From positions 32,001 through 96,000 of the IMG/VR virus record IMGVR_UViG_3300017963_000003: DNA of 64,000 nucleotides; one strand, 5' to 3'. The notes below the pieces were generated by a model. The model was not told the origin of the DNA. It did no database searches and was given only the letters and a program-made list of their open reading frames with translations. The DNA comes from a virus. The stretch's first letter is position 1. Every line of letters starts with the position of its first letter. This document shows positions 9,907 through 19,584 of the stretch, piece by piece. The position numbers and the translations under genes are program-made.

Positions 9907-12212
9907 CGTGCGCCCATCCGGGTAGAGCTATTCTGAGAAACCCGTTTCCTCGATTCTATCAGAGAAGATGTCGTTCCTTTTTTACCCACAGCGGGTTTTG
10001 AAATACCGTCAGAAGACTCACTCACGTTGGAGTTCATCGTGCGGTCCTTGGCACGAGCCTCCCTGCGAACCTTCTGCGGAGAGCGGCGTCTAGACTTTCT
10101 ACCAGCCTGCGGTTTGTCTGCGGAGGAGACTGCCTTCTGGACCTTCCCTCGACGTTCCGTCTGATCAGGAACCGCCGCGTCCAGCTCCACGTCGGCGTCC
10201 GTATCGACATCGAGATCGTAGTCTCCGCTAGACAGAATATCCGGGTCTTCGTCGATCAGGTCCTCCCGAACCCTTTCCTCGTCAACGTCCATACCCCCAC
10301 CGTACCCAGGAGCCATCGGAGCCTCTACCGGGGCTTGATCACGCAAAACATCCAAGAGAGGGCCAAACGTCTCCCGAAACTCACCACCCAAGGCCTGTCC
10401 GGCGATCTCGAAACCACCGATGAGCTTCTCCCAGCTACCGGCCATCGTGTTGAAGACCTTGTTCTGCTGAGCGTAGATGCGGTGATACACCTCTTGACGC
10501 TCAGAAACAGGAGTCAAGAGAATCTGAGCCTCCCCTTTGAGGCCGACCATCAACACCGAGACCAGGTCCACCAGGATCGCCAGGATCGCCTCACCGATAC
10601 GCGCCATCCCGCGAATCAGCTCTCTCCGAGTACGGTGCAAAGAGGAGACACGCTCGCTCTCCGTCTGGAAAGCCTTGCGAAGCTCTTTTCGCTCTTTCTC
10701 GGACAGGTCCTCCAGCTTGCCACCCTCAGCTAGCTTCTCCCCCGCGTCCCAAACCAACTGAGCAGTCCGGTTCTTGACGTTCAGAAGCTTCGAAGTGGCG
10801 TAGATCCCCCGACTCCGCGACGTAGAGGTCTTGGACTTCAGAGTACGTACGGTGGAACGGATGAGATTCTCCAAAAACTGGTCATCATCCCCCTTAGAGA
10901 TGCGGCGCAGACCGTCGTCGAACCTCAGCATCAACGAAACCGCATCCGCCTCCTGGTCCTGGTACATGTCCCTAGCAAGAACGATCTTGAGCTGATCGTC
11001 CAGCTTCGTAAACGACGTCATCAGATCGGCTACAACACCTTCGGCCTGCTTCCCCGCGTACCTCTCGGACAACCCATGCGCGGAGTAGAAATCGATCACC
11101 TTCCCCGCGAAAACAGCAGCCGTCTCCGCCTGTACGCCCATTCGCGAAAGAGGATCAGCAGCAGACATAACGATGCGCGTGAAGTTACGAACACCGATAG
11201 CGCTCCGAGCACCGGCAGCGGTCAACCGAGTGTAGAACCCCGCAGCGTCATCCAACTTCATCCCGTAGTCGCGAACGAGACTCGTGATGTCCCCCATGGC
11301 CTCCGCCGTGGCGAAGTTGAAGTGCTTCCCTATACCCAGCGCCAGGGTGACGACGTTCTTCCCCACCTTCCCCAACCCATCATCAAAGGTCTTCAACATG
11401 TCAGAAGCGCGGAAGCCATTGTCGACCATCAACTTCACCGCGCCCTGGGTTTCTTTCCGACCCACACCCCATTGCCACTGGGCACGCTCACCCCAGTTGG
11501 CAAACCACCGAGTGGCTCTCCGGGAACTCGCTGAGAACAGCGAGTCCACACTACCCTCGAAGAGGTTGGCCATCTCGGACATCTCAGCACGCCGACGGTC
11601 ACGCTCTGTGTACCCGAGAACCATCGCCCCGATGAGACCACCGACAAAACCCGTAGCCACTCCCCCTGGAATCTTGCGCAGAACGCTCTGTAGCTGTTTC
11701 TTGACCGAAGCTGCCTCTTTGCCAACAAACTTCGCAAGACGTGATTGCCGCTCTTCGGCCTCATCAGTGGCGCTGTCTGCCTCCTGGGCCACCTTCTCGG
11801 TCGACTTCAGGGCCTCCTCGGCATCGTTCTTAGCCCCTGCCGTATCCGGGACCGGCGGAAGAGGTTGCGTCTTCTCGGGGGCTTCCCCTCGGGGGTCCTC
11901 GTTACCGAGAAAGTTTTCGATCTTCAACGACCGGAGCTTGTCGAGAGCGCTGCTCATGGTGCGCTCCTGTCGGTCGTACGCGCTGAGGCTGCTCTCAATC
12001 TTGGACACCGAGGCATCCGTCATGGGAAGAATCAACGGAGGAGGATCACCCACTGAACCGGAACCCAACGTGATGTCGTCCGATGCACGCATAACGCGCG
12101 CTGAAAGCATCTGAATCGTGTTCCCCAGCTCAGTGTATGCTCGCGTGGTACCCTCTAGCTGAGAACTCAGCCAAGGGAGATCAACTACGAGCCGTGGAAT
12201 ACCGTCGGTCAT
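9903..12212 (-). CDS. Tape measure protein paralog B
   Basis: 769 aa; shares GxxGAMVxGY.ERDR and TESERVSSLH motifs with its neighbours; ATGA overlaps at both ends. Confidence 0.65.
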   Translation of the reverse strand: MTDGIPRLVVDLPWLSSQLEGTTRAYTELGNTIQMLSARVMRASDDITLGSGSVGDPPPLILPMTDASVSKIESSLSAYDRQERTMSSALDKLRSLKIENFLGNEDPRGEAPEKTQPLPPVPDTAGAKNDAEEALKSTEKVAQEADSATDEAEERQSRLAKFVGKEAASVKKQLQSVLRKIPGGVATGFVGGLIGAMVLGYTERDRRRAEMSEMANLFEGSVDSLFSASSRRATRWFANWGERAQWQWGVGRKETQGAVKLMVDNGFRASDMLKTFDDGLGKVGKNVVTLALGIGKHFNFATAEAMGDITSLVRDYGMKLDDAAGFYTRLTAAGARSAIGVRNFTRIVMSAADPLSRMGVQAETAAVFAGKVIDFYSAHGLSERYAGKQAEGVVADLMTSFTKLDDQLKIVLARDMYQDQEADAVSLMLRFDDGLRRISKGDDDQFLENLIRSTVRTLKSKTSTSRSRGIYATSKLLNVKNRTAQLVWDAGEKLAEGGKLEDLSEKERKELRKAFQTESERVSSLHRTRRELIRGMARIGEAILAILVDLVSVLMVGLKGEAQILLTPVSERQEVYHRIYAQQNKVFNTMAGSWEKLIGGFEIAGQALGGEFRETFGPLLDVLRDQAPVEAPMAPGYGGGMDVDEERVREDLIDEDPDILSSGDYDLDVDTDADVELDAAVPDQTERRGKVQKAVSSADKPQAGRKSRRRSPQKVRREARAKDRTMNSNVSESSDGISKPAVGKKGTTSSLIESRKRVSQNSSTRMGAR

Positions 12213-14581
12213 TCGCTGTTCGGCCTCTTGAGGATATTCTTCTGGGCTTCCTGGTTGGCAGTCCCGGCGTCACCGGCACTGAGCACCGTCTTGCCTTTGC
12301 TGGCACCCACCTGCTGGTCCACCTGGGAGCGCTTCTTCTGTCTCTTGTAAGCACGGCGTATACGAGCCAACTCTTTCTTCTGCAAATGCCCCTCTACGGC
12401 GCTCGCCCTCTCTTCCAGTGCCTGAGTGCGCCTACTCCACTTCTGGAAGTCTTCGCTCGGTGCCTCGCCTTCTTCAGGAGCGTGCATGAGCTTCATCATC
12501 TCCGACGCCCACGCAGCGTTCTTCAAGAAGTCGACCGTCATCTGGTCCTTGACCTGACGACGAAAGTCCTCGTCCCCCGCCAGGTCACTAAAAACACTCC
12601 CTAGCTCCTTGGCAGCCGCATCCGCATCCTCCAGAGAGGTAATAGGCCTCATGCCGCCGCCCGTAGGAACCTTGTAGTTCAGTGCGTCCAAAAGGGGCTT
12701 GAAGTCCCGTCCGAACTCCTTACCCAAGATGCCGGGAACCATACCCGCGCCCTTCATGATCTGGTCCACACCGGTACCCATGTGCGCGTTCAGCGTGTCG
12801 AGTTGATCACTGATGCGACTCAGCTCGGTCTGCACCTGACCGGGGCTACCTGAAACCGCAGCGGAAACGATATCCGGGAGCGCACGGATACCTGTCACGA
12901 TAACCCCTAGCAGCCCCACGAGAACCTTGATCAAGCCGCGACCGATCTCACCTATCGCACGGTAGAGACGACGCTGCGTCTTGTGCAACGATGATACCCG
13001 CTGACTCTCCGTCATGAAGGCACGACGCAGGTGCTTCGTCTCATCCTTCGACAGCTCGGACAAATCGTTGGTCCGCGCGAGCTTCTCCCCCAGATCGTAC
13101 AACGTCGCCGCCGTACGGTTATCCATACCCTGGTACTCCATGACACGGATGGATTGAGCACGACTACGACCACCGCGACTGGACCACTGAGTGAAAAGCA
13201 CCAACGCCTTCTGCATGAAGTCGTCGCCCCCACCCTCAGCAACACGAAGAAAACCGTCCTCCCACTTCTGGAGGGCGTCCAGCGCGTTCAGCTCAGGGAA
13301 CATCTGCTGCGCCAGAACAGCCTTCATGCTCGGGTTGAGGTTCGCGAGACCTGCGGACATGCCACCGATGACCTGCGAGGCCTGATTGCCCGCGTATCGG
13401 GGATCGAGCCCCATGTCCTCGTAGTGCTTCCGGATGGTCTCCATGACGGACGCAACGTTGGACACGTCAACGCCGTACTGCTGCATCGCGGAGGAGCCTG
13501 AGATGACAGAATCGACGAACCTACCGATACCCATCGCGCTACGCTGCCCCGCGAAAGCCAGCTTGACGTACTTGTCCGTAGCGGTATCGAGAGAATCACC
13601 AAGCTCAGTAGTGATCTTGATGATGTTGCTCATGGAGGTACCGGTCTTCTGGTTGAAGTGCTTGTCCACGGCGATGGACGCAACAGTCACGTTCTTGCCA
13701 ACAAGACCCAAGTCTTTGTTGTACGTGGTCATGAAGTCCTTCGACCGGTACCCAGCGTCAACCATGCTCTTCAGTACAGCCTGCGTTTCCTCCTTGGCCA
13801 CCCCGTAGAACCACTGCGCGGTCTCTTGGAACCCAGAGAAGAACCGAGTAGCTCGCTTCGATGCTTTCGAAGAAAGCGCCTCTCCGGTAGCTTCGAAGAC
13901 ATTCAGAATCTCTCCCGATTGCCACCGAAGACGGTCCCTCTCCTGATACCCCATGACCATCGCAGCCAGGAGACCCCCAGCGATGCCCCCGGCAGTCATA
14001 ACGCCGCCAGGAACATGACTGAGCACGCTCTTGACCTGACCCTTGGCGGCGTCCAGCTCAGACTTCAAGTACCGCTTAGCGCGGTTGATAACCATCACCG
14101 AGGCCTTATCGGCCTCCTGAATCTTCTTGATCGACTCCAAAGCCGCATGCTTGACCTCGTCGGAGGACATGCTGGCCAGGCGAACGCTCTCCTTGACGAT
14201 TTCCGCCTTGGCCTCCGCTGCGCTGAGCTGAGGAGGTGTGGGGTCCTTGGTAGCGGCCCCCATCTTGACCCCCGACAGGCGAGTCATGTCGTTAGCGATC
14301 TTCTCGCTATGACGTGACATCTCTTCGAGGAGGTTGGACGTAGAGCCTACCCCGGACTCCATGATCTGGACCGACCGCTCCATCTGCGGAGTGATCGAAG
14401 AGAGACTGACATTGACCGACGCCGCCTGCTCCTGGAGAGAGACCAGCTCTTCGTCCGTACGGGAAATGAGACCCTGAAGAGACCTGCCGAAATCCGTGTA
14501 GGTCCTCCGAACGTCGTCGATCTGAGCCTGGAACTTATCCAGGTCGAATCGAAGCAGGTACTCTTCAGTGGTCGCCATCAA
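12209..14581 (-). CDS. Tape measure protein paralog A
   Basis: 790 aa helical protein immediately after the tail chaperone pair, the canonical TMP position; N-terminal LRFDLDKFQAQI typical of TMPs. Confidence 0.7.
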   Translation of the reverse strand: MMATTEEYLLRFDLDKFQAQIDDVRRTYTDFGRSLQGLISRTDEELVSLQEQAASVNVSLSSITPQMERSVQIMESGVGSTSNLLEEMSRHSEKIANDMTRLSGVKMGAATKDPTPPQLSAAEAKAEIVKESVRLASMSSDEVKHAALESIKKIQEADKASVMVINRAKRYLKSELDAAKGQVKSVLSHVPGGVMTAGGIAGGLLAAMVMGYQERDRLRWQSGEILNVFEATGEALSSKASKRATRFFSGFQETAQWFYGVAKEETQAVLKSMVDAGYRSKDFMTTYNKDLGLVGKNVTVASIAVDKHFNQKTGTSMSNIIKITTELGDSLDTATDKYVKLAFAGQRSAMGIGRFVDSVISGSSAMQQYGVDVSNVASVMETIRKHYEDMGLDPRYAGNQASQVIGGMSAGLANLNPSMKAVLAQQMFPELNALDALQKWEDGFLRVAEGGGDDFMQKALVLFTQWSSRGGRSRAQSIRVMEYQGMDNRTAATLYDLGEKLARTNDLSELSKDETKHLRRAFMTESQRVSSLHKTQRRLYRAIGEIGRGLIKVLVGLLGVIVTGIRALPDIVSAAVSGSPGQVQTELSRISDQLDTLNAHMGTGVDQIMKGAGMVPGILGKEFGRDFKPLLDALNYKVPTGGGMRPITSLEDADAAAKELGSVFSDLAGDEDFRRQVKDQMTVDFLKNAAWASEMMKLMHAPEEGEAPSEDFQKWSRRTQALEERASAVEGHLQKKELARIRRAYKRQKKRSQVDQQVGASKGKTVLSAGDAGTANQEAQKNILKRPNSE

Positions 14582-15411
14582 TCACTCTCCACGATCACAG
14601 TCGGCCTGTCGAGGCTCGGTTCTGCCTCCACGGACTTGTCCGATGTGACTTGGACCGACACCAAATCAACGTGCTCCACAATGTGCTGCTGAGAATGCTC
14701 GCGCTTCATGTCATGCCGGGCTTGACCGATAGTGCGCGCAGCGACATCCGACAGGGAGTTTTCCTCGATGTCGTCTTTGTTGAGAACCAGAGACTCCAGA
14801 AGGGCCTGGTTGTCCCGACCACCCCAGGACATCATCCGTTGCAGCTCCTCAGGGGTGCTGTCGCACTCGACGTCGCCGTCGTCCTCCATGAAGGCTTCCA
14901 GCTCGTCGGGGGTCATCTCCACGACACCGGTATCGACGGGGCGACCGTCGTCACCAACCTGGCCCGATGCAGCGAGCTGACCCGCCACCTCCTGCTGGGT
15001 ATGGAGCTGTTCGGTACGGTCTTTGATCATCGAGAGGACGTCATCACGCCCAGTCATCACAGAAAGTGGCATGATCTCGTCAGGAGTAGGCATCCGAAGC
15101 AACCCCGTCTCCTCGTCCTCCACCGGACACAGGTTGAGGCCCAACATGCTCACCACCTGGTCTTTCACTATGTCCGCCATCAGCTCGATGTCCTTGTACC
15201 GATCCAAGTCCTCCTTGTTCATCGCCTCAAGCTCAAACACCCACTGGGTATCGTTCATCCCCTTGATACGGGGGTCCCCGATGGGGATCTGTCGCTTCGT
15301 CAAGACCTTGGCCTTGATCCGAAGGCGAGAAGCTATTCGTCGCCAGACGGGGAAGACTCGGTCCCAGTGGGCTTCTCGCCCTCTTCCGAACCCTCCCCGG
15401 AGGATTTTTTT
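14578..15411 (-). CDS. Tail assembly chaperone T segment, C-terminal part of a predicted -1 frameshift G-T fusion
   Basis: The 14578..15303 ORF has only a TTG start; its frame is open upstream to the A AAA AAA heptamer at 15411-15405 in the -1 frame of the preceding gene. Confidence 0.75.
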   Translation of the reverse strand, partial: KKILRGGFGRGREAHWDRVFPVWRRIASRLRIKAKVLTKRQIPIGDPRIKGMNDTQWVFELEAMNKEDLDRYKDIELMADIVKDQVVSMLGLNLCPVEDEETGLLRMPTPDEIMPLSVMTGRDDVLSMIKDRTEQLHTQQEVAGQLAASGQVGDDGRPVDTGVVEMTPDELEAFMEDDGDVECDSTPEELQRMMSWGGRDNQALLESLVLNKDDIEENSLSDVAARTIGQARHDMKREHSQQHIVEHVDLVSVQVTSDKSVEAEPSLDRPTVIVESD

Positions 15412-15869
15412 GCTGCGTCCTGGGCGTCCTCCCTACGCTGTTCGAGAGACTCCCAGAAACCCCACATCTCCTCCAGACGCTCCGGAGGACGCTCCGCCAG
15501 GTACTGCATCAGGTACTCGGCCGCGAAGTACTTCTGATTGTAACGCCCCCGACCATCGACGAGCTGCACGATCTGACGTCCCTCCTCGGTGCTCTCCCAC
15601 TCCTCGCGGAAGAACTCGAAGACAGGAATTCCGTTGATGGCGCGAATGCCGATGGACAGTGTGGGCAACCTCCAGGAAGAAACCGTCGAGATGCGCGACC
15701 CGGTGTTGATGAACGAGTTACGCCAGTTCGACTCTTCCTCCGTCAGCAGACGTATCGTCCACTCACGGCCCATCCACAGGAAAGTATCCTCGATGGTCTC
15801 GCCATCGAGTTCCCGAGCAAGGTCCAGCAACATCTTTTTGGGACTTTGATTGTCGTTTGAAGGCAACAC
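15333..15869 (-). CDS. Tail assembly chaperone G, about 178 aa
   Basis: Start reassigned to GTG 15869 behind a GGAGGAGG SD; the track start at 16031 overlaps the tube gene. Acidic small protein between tube and TMP. Confidence 0.75.
   Translation of the reverse strand: MLPSNDNQSPKKMLLDLARELDGETIEDTFLWMGREWTIRLLTEEESNWRNSFINTGSRISTVSSWRLPTLSIGIRAINGIPVFEFFREEWESTEEGRQIVQLVDGRGRYNQKYFAAEYLMQYLAERPPERLEEMWGFWESLEQRREDAQDAAKKSSGEGSEEGEKPTGTESSPSGDE
15405..15411 (-). other. Programmed -1 ribosomal frameshift slippery site (A AAA AAA)
   Basis: Seven-T run on the + strand; zero frame reads GCA AAA AAA TCC; the -1 frame reads through KILRGGFGRGREAHWDRVFPVWRRIASRLRIKAKVLTKRQ into the downstream ORF. 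Confidence 0.8.
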
Positions 15870-15928
15870 GGCTTTCGCTCCTCCTCCCGCTACGCGGGGT
15901 CTAATTGTGAGTCGCTTTCGCGACAAAC

Positions 15929-16534
15929 CTACAACAGAGGTCTCACCTTGGTGTAGACCATCGTTGCGTTGACTGAGACGATACGGTCTCCTTGCGCTTG
16001 CATGTTCCGACCCAGACTGGTGAACCAGCAACCCGAGTACCAGAGCTTCTCCACGCTCACTTCCATCCCCTGAGGGACGGCCCCGGTGTCGATACCATCG
16101 AGGTCGTTCTCGGTCCCGATACCCAGTGCACCCCCGACCTTAGTGTTGCCGAGAGTGTTGAGCATGCTGTCGCTGACCGACTGAAGCCACGGGGTGAACG
16201 GGGAGTCGTCCTTCTTCCCGTACCTGACCCATTTCTCCTCAACGTCGAACGGGTTGTGCTGGTCGGTGAGCATGTAGAGTGCCTTGTCGGTCCCCCAGAT
16301 CTCCTCCATCTTCTTCGTGAAGAGATCGTACCTCGCCACCTGAACGGTCTGGGAAGACGAGATGCCGGCAACGTGCTCGATGGGCGCCCCGAGACCGACA
16401 GCGTTGATCTCGTACTTCGGCTTGACGTCCCTCGCCTGGGAAGGAGCCCACGTCTGGATATGTCCGATGGTCTTCCCGCCCGCTCTGATAGAGATCGCAT
16501 GGCTAGTGCGTACTTGCGTGACGGGTACTGGCAT
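15929..16534 (-). CDS. Tail tube protein paralog 2, with an extra loop
   Basis: 201 aa; aligns end to end with 16542..16988 (TSHAISI.AGG..IG.IQTWAP, TVQVARYDLF, GCWF..GRNMQAQGDRIV.VNAT) and is 53 aa longer. Confidence 0.85.
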   Translation of the reverse strand: MPVPVTQVRTSHAISIRAGGKTIGHIQTWAPSQARDVKPKYEINAVGLGAPIEHVAGISSSQTVQVARYDLFTKKMEEIWGTDKALYMLTDQHNPFDVEEKWVRYGKKDDSPFTPWLQSVSDSMLNTLGNTKVGGALGIGTENDLDGIDTGAVPQGMEVSVEKLWYSGCWFTSLGRNMQAQGDRIVSVNATMVYTKVRPLL

Positions 16535-16541
16535 GTGAGGC

Positions 16542-16988
16542 CTAGAGCGGTCGGATCTTGACGTAGTTGAGGGTCGCGTTGACCATCACGATACGGTCGC
16601 CCTGAGCTTGCATGTTGCGACCGATCTGCGAGAACCAGCAACCCTCGTAGTGGTAGAACTCGGTAGCGCCGTCCGGGTTTCTCCACTTCTCGCGCAGCTC
16701 CAAGGGATTGAGCTGGTCGGACAGCATCCAGAGAGCCTTCGCCGTACCCCAGACCTCCTCCATCTTGGAAGCAAAGAGGTCGTAACGCGCCACCTGGACG
16801 GTCAGGCCGGTGATGTTCCCCGGAACGTTCTCCGTCACCTCACCACTCGTCTCCGACCGCAACTCGTACGTTGGCGTTATGGTACGAGACTGGTTGGGCG
16901 CCCACGTCTGGATCTGCCCAATGGGCACCCCTCCTGCCAGGATCGATATTGCATGGCTGGTGCGGATGTTTGTCTGCGGAACTGGCAT
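16542..16988 (-). CDS. Major tail tube protein
   Basis: 148 aa directly downstream of sheath; ends Y.GCWF......Q...IV..NATL.Y as in T4 gp19-like tubes. Confidence 0.85.
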   Translation of the reverse strand: MPVPQTNIRTSHAISILAGGVPIGQIQTWAPNQSRTITPTYELRSETSGEVTENVPGNITGLTVQVARYDLFASKMEEVWGTAKALWMLSDQLNPLELREKWRNPDGATEFYHYEGCWFSQIGRNMQAQGDRIVMVNATLNYVKIRPL

Positions 16989-17011
16989 CTCTTAGCCTCC
17001 TCCCCTCTCGC

Positions 17012-19513
17012 CTACGCTGCCACGCTGAAGAAGGGGTTGTCGACGGAGAACTCACCGAAGAACCGCTTGGCCGGGTACTTCAGGTTGTACCAGTACTTGA
17101 AGTAGAACGTCCTCGGATCGGTCGAGGACTGGTACACCTGGATGTCCGTGGTGGCGTCGATGTCCCTCGGGAGACCGGAAGAATCGCGGTAAGCCGCGAT
17201 GGAACCGTTGTTGATGTTCGCCAGGATACCGAGCAGAATCCACTTCTTGCAGTCTGTGATGAAGTCCGCGAGGTCGTCCGGAACGATACCCACAACGTTG
17301 CTCGTGAGCAACGTATCGACAGTCTTGGTGACAGCGTCCTTCTGCGCACTCGCTGAAGGCTCCTCGAACTGCACCACCTTGCCCCCGCCGGCCTCGGTGG
17401 TGAGAGGATCGAGCATGACGAAGCGACCTGCGTCGTAGGTGACTACGAGGACACCTTTGTCCGCCAGAGCGTGCCGCTCCCCGCGCAGGTAGGTCCCGAA
17501 ACCGTCAGCGGTGAAGCCGGTGATCTGGAGACCGATGAGCGCCGACGAGGGACTCGGGAGACCCGCATAGATGGACGCCACCGCCGCCGCGATGTAGGTC
17601 CCGTCTAGATCGACGTTGACCTCCTGTCCCGTATCCAGGGTGAGGGTACGGGTAGCGTTCGGCGGAGCGATAAGGTGCATGCGCCCGCGCCCCGGAGAGT
17701 TGTTGCCCGGCTGGAGCGTCTGGGTGGACGCGAAGATCAAGGTCCCCGGCGTATCGGGATCACCGACGTCGGTGTCCCTGGCCATGCCGAACCAGCCGCG
17801 ACGATAGTGCTTCTCCAGCATCGACGACTCGCTGGACACATGGTTCATCTGGTAAACCATCGTCTCCAGCGCCGTATCGAGGGTCAACACTTCGGTGATG
17901 TTGACGTACTCCTTGGCCACGTCGATAGCAGAGTTGATCTGGGTCTGCGTGGGAGAACCCGGCACCGTGGCATCGTTGACCTGGACCAAGTAGAGCGAAG
18001 ACGCTCCGTTCTCGAAAGCAATCTCACCTGCGATACACAGATGGTTGCGGATGTAGTTGCTCAGGTTGAGCTGCGTCGTATACGCGTAGAGCTGGTCGAC
18101 ATCGAAGACCCGGTGAGCGGTGGAGTAGTCCGTGGAAGGCCGGGTGTAGTCGTAAGTGCTGTAGAAGGAGGTCCCGTAAGCGGGACGCTGTCCGGTCCCG
18201 TTCACGATGTAGGGCTGCGTGATGTTGCCGAAGATGGTCGTGAAGGCGTCGGTGGCGTTCGACAGGAACATGATCGAGGACGCGGCGCCCTTCTCGGCCG
18301 GCGTGTTCTCGAACGCATCCGGAGCTGTCAGCACCACCGTGTTGCCCAACACCTGCGCCACATGGCTGAACTCGGGACCGTAGGCGGTAGCGATGCTGTT
18401 CAGTGCCGTGTTGATGTCATCCGCCACCGTGGTCACGTTGGTCGGAGCGCCTGGGGTTAGCGTAACCGCCACCTGGGTGAGACCGTTGATCTGGATGAGC
18501 AACTGGTCGTTCACGCCGGCCACAATCGTCGGAGGAGACGCAACGAAGTCAACCGAAGTCACCGTAGCCTGCGACCACGAAGTGGTGTCCCAATCAAGAT
18601 CGTTGGAAGCACCATTCTCGTAATCGTAGTTCTTGATGTAGTCGATACCGCCCGGATACGAACCCACGCTGACAATGTCGGACAGCGGCGTCGAAGTGCC
18701 GGCTCCGGACAGAGCGTCTGTGAGCGTCTCGATTGAGATGTACTCGATGGTGTAGGTGGCGGCGGAGTTGTAAGCGGCGTCAGCAACCGTGATGGACGTC
18801 GCGGCCTGCACCCCACCCGAAGCCGCCGGAACCCACGCAGCGTTTGAAATGATGGACGCGGCGTCTTCTTCCATCGACAGGAAGACCTTCACGTCACTGG
18901 CAGACTCCGTCGAGGGAGACGTGAGAGTGATGTACTTCTGCGTCACACCAGCGACCGCCGCTGCCACCGCAGAGTATGCAGCACCGTAAGTGCTGTAGTA
19001 GGTCCCCAAGGGATTACCCAACTCGTAGTTGACGTATGCCGCGACCTCGTCCGCAGTCGCCGTAGCAGGGGCCGCGATGATGCCAACCGGGGCAACACCG
19101 AAATCGATGGTCACCGCGCGCTTCCCATCGAGAGACACGGTGAAGTTGTGAGTACCGCCAGCGGTGGATACGTCCACCGTGGCAGCGCCCCACTCCGAGC
19201 CGGTCAAGACCGCCGGGTTGAACGACCAATCTCCGAGACCCAGCTCGTTGTCGTTCATATACAGGACGGCCTCGTTGCGGGATCTGTTCGAAGCGTTCGA
19301 CAGAGTAGCCGTATGAGGGCTAGAAGACGCCACGGTCAAGGTCTCGTCGTACACCTTTCCGCGAACGATCTCCTCGTCGACGCTACGACGAGTCCGGGGC
19401 GCAATCCCGACCAGAGCGAGCGTTCTCTCGGACGTCACCGAAACGGAACCCGGAGTGATTACCTCCGAGATATATACGCCAGGGTCAACGTATCGTGAAA
19501 TCGAGATTGCCAT
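17012..19513 (-). CDS. Contractile tail sheath protein
   Basis: 833 aa; N-terminal RYVDPGVYISE and C-terminal LSEPS-like/YF.Y...YPAKRF sheath patterns; upstream of tube genes. Confidence 0.9.
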   Translation of the reverse strand: MAISISRYVDPGVYISEVITPGSVSVTSERTLALVGIAPRTRRSVDEEIVRGKVYDETLTVASSSPHTATLSNASNRSRNEAVLYMNDNELGLGDWSFNPAVLTGSEWGAATVDVSTAGGTHNFTVSLDGKRAVTIDFGVAPVGIIAAPATATADEVAAYVNYELGNPLGTYYSTYGAAYSAVAAAVAGVTQKYITLTSPSTESASDVKVFLSMEEDAASIISNAAWVPAASGGVQAATSITVADAAYNSAATYTIEYISIETLTDALSGAGTSTPLSDIVSVGSYPGGIDYIKNYDYENGASNDLDWDTTSWSQATVTSVDFVASPPTIVAGVNDQLLIQINGLTQVAVTLTPGAPTNVTTVADDINTALNSIATAYGPEFSHVAQVLGNTVVLTAPDAFENTPAEKGAASSIMFLSNATDAFTTIFGNITQPYIVNGTGQRPAYGTSFYSTYDYTRPSTDYSTAHRVFDVDQLYAYTTQLNLSNYIRNHLCIAGEIAFENGASSLYLVQVNDATVPGSPTQTQINSAIDVAKEYVNITEVLTLDTALETMVYQMNHVSSESSMLEKHYRRGWFGMARDTDVGDPDTPGTLIFASTQTLQPGNNSPGRGRMHLIAPPNATRTLTLDTGQEVNVDLDGTYIAAAVASIYAGLPSPSSALIGLQITGFTADGFGTYLRGERHALADKGVLVVTYDAGRFVMLDPLTTEAGGGKVVQFEEPSASAQKDAVTKTVDTLLTSNVVGIVPDDLADFITDCKKWILLGILANINNGSIAAYRDSSGLPRDIDATTDIQVYQSSTDPRTFYFKYWYNLKYPAKRFFGEFSVDNPFFSVAA

Positions 19514-19544
19514 CTGGAATCCTCCCTTAGATTCGTTGTGACCT

Positions 19545-19575
19545 AGTATAGCGTGCCCGGCCTCGGGATTCTAAA
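19545..19575 (-). promoter_or_regulatory. Class A putative late promoter TTTAGAATCCC-N14-TATACT upstream of sheath
   Basis: The same bipartite motif occurs in six intergenic regions, each upstream of a minus-strand start. Confidence 0.7.
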
Positions 19576-19584
19576 GACAAGGGG

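Noticed and set aside
15420-15436. Internal SD-like GGAGG as a frameshift stimulator
   Set aside because: It lies 16 nt upstream of the heptamer, beyond the spacing known to stimulate -1 shifts; not claimed.
15870-16031. N-terminal extensions given by the ORF track (also 52614-52904, 54191-54472, 54878-54943, 32800-32835)
   Set aside because: They overlap other genes or promoter motifs, and better starts exist downstream (most with a clear SD).
1-19513. Interpretation as an extracellular contractile injection system or tailocin
   Set aside because: Terminase, portal, protease, scaffold and major capsid genes are in the same co-oriented cluster, so this is a phage.
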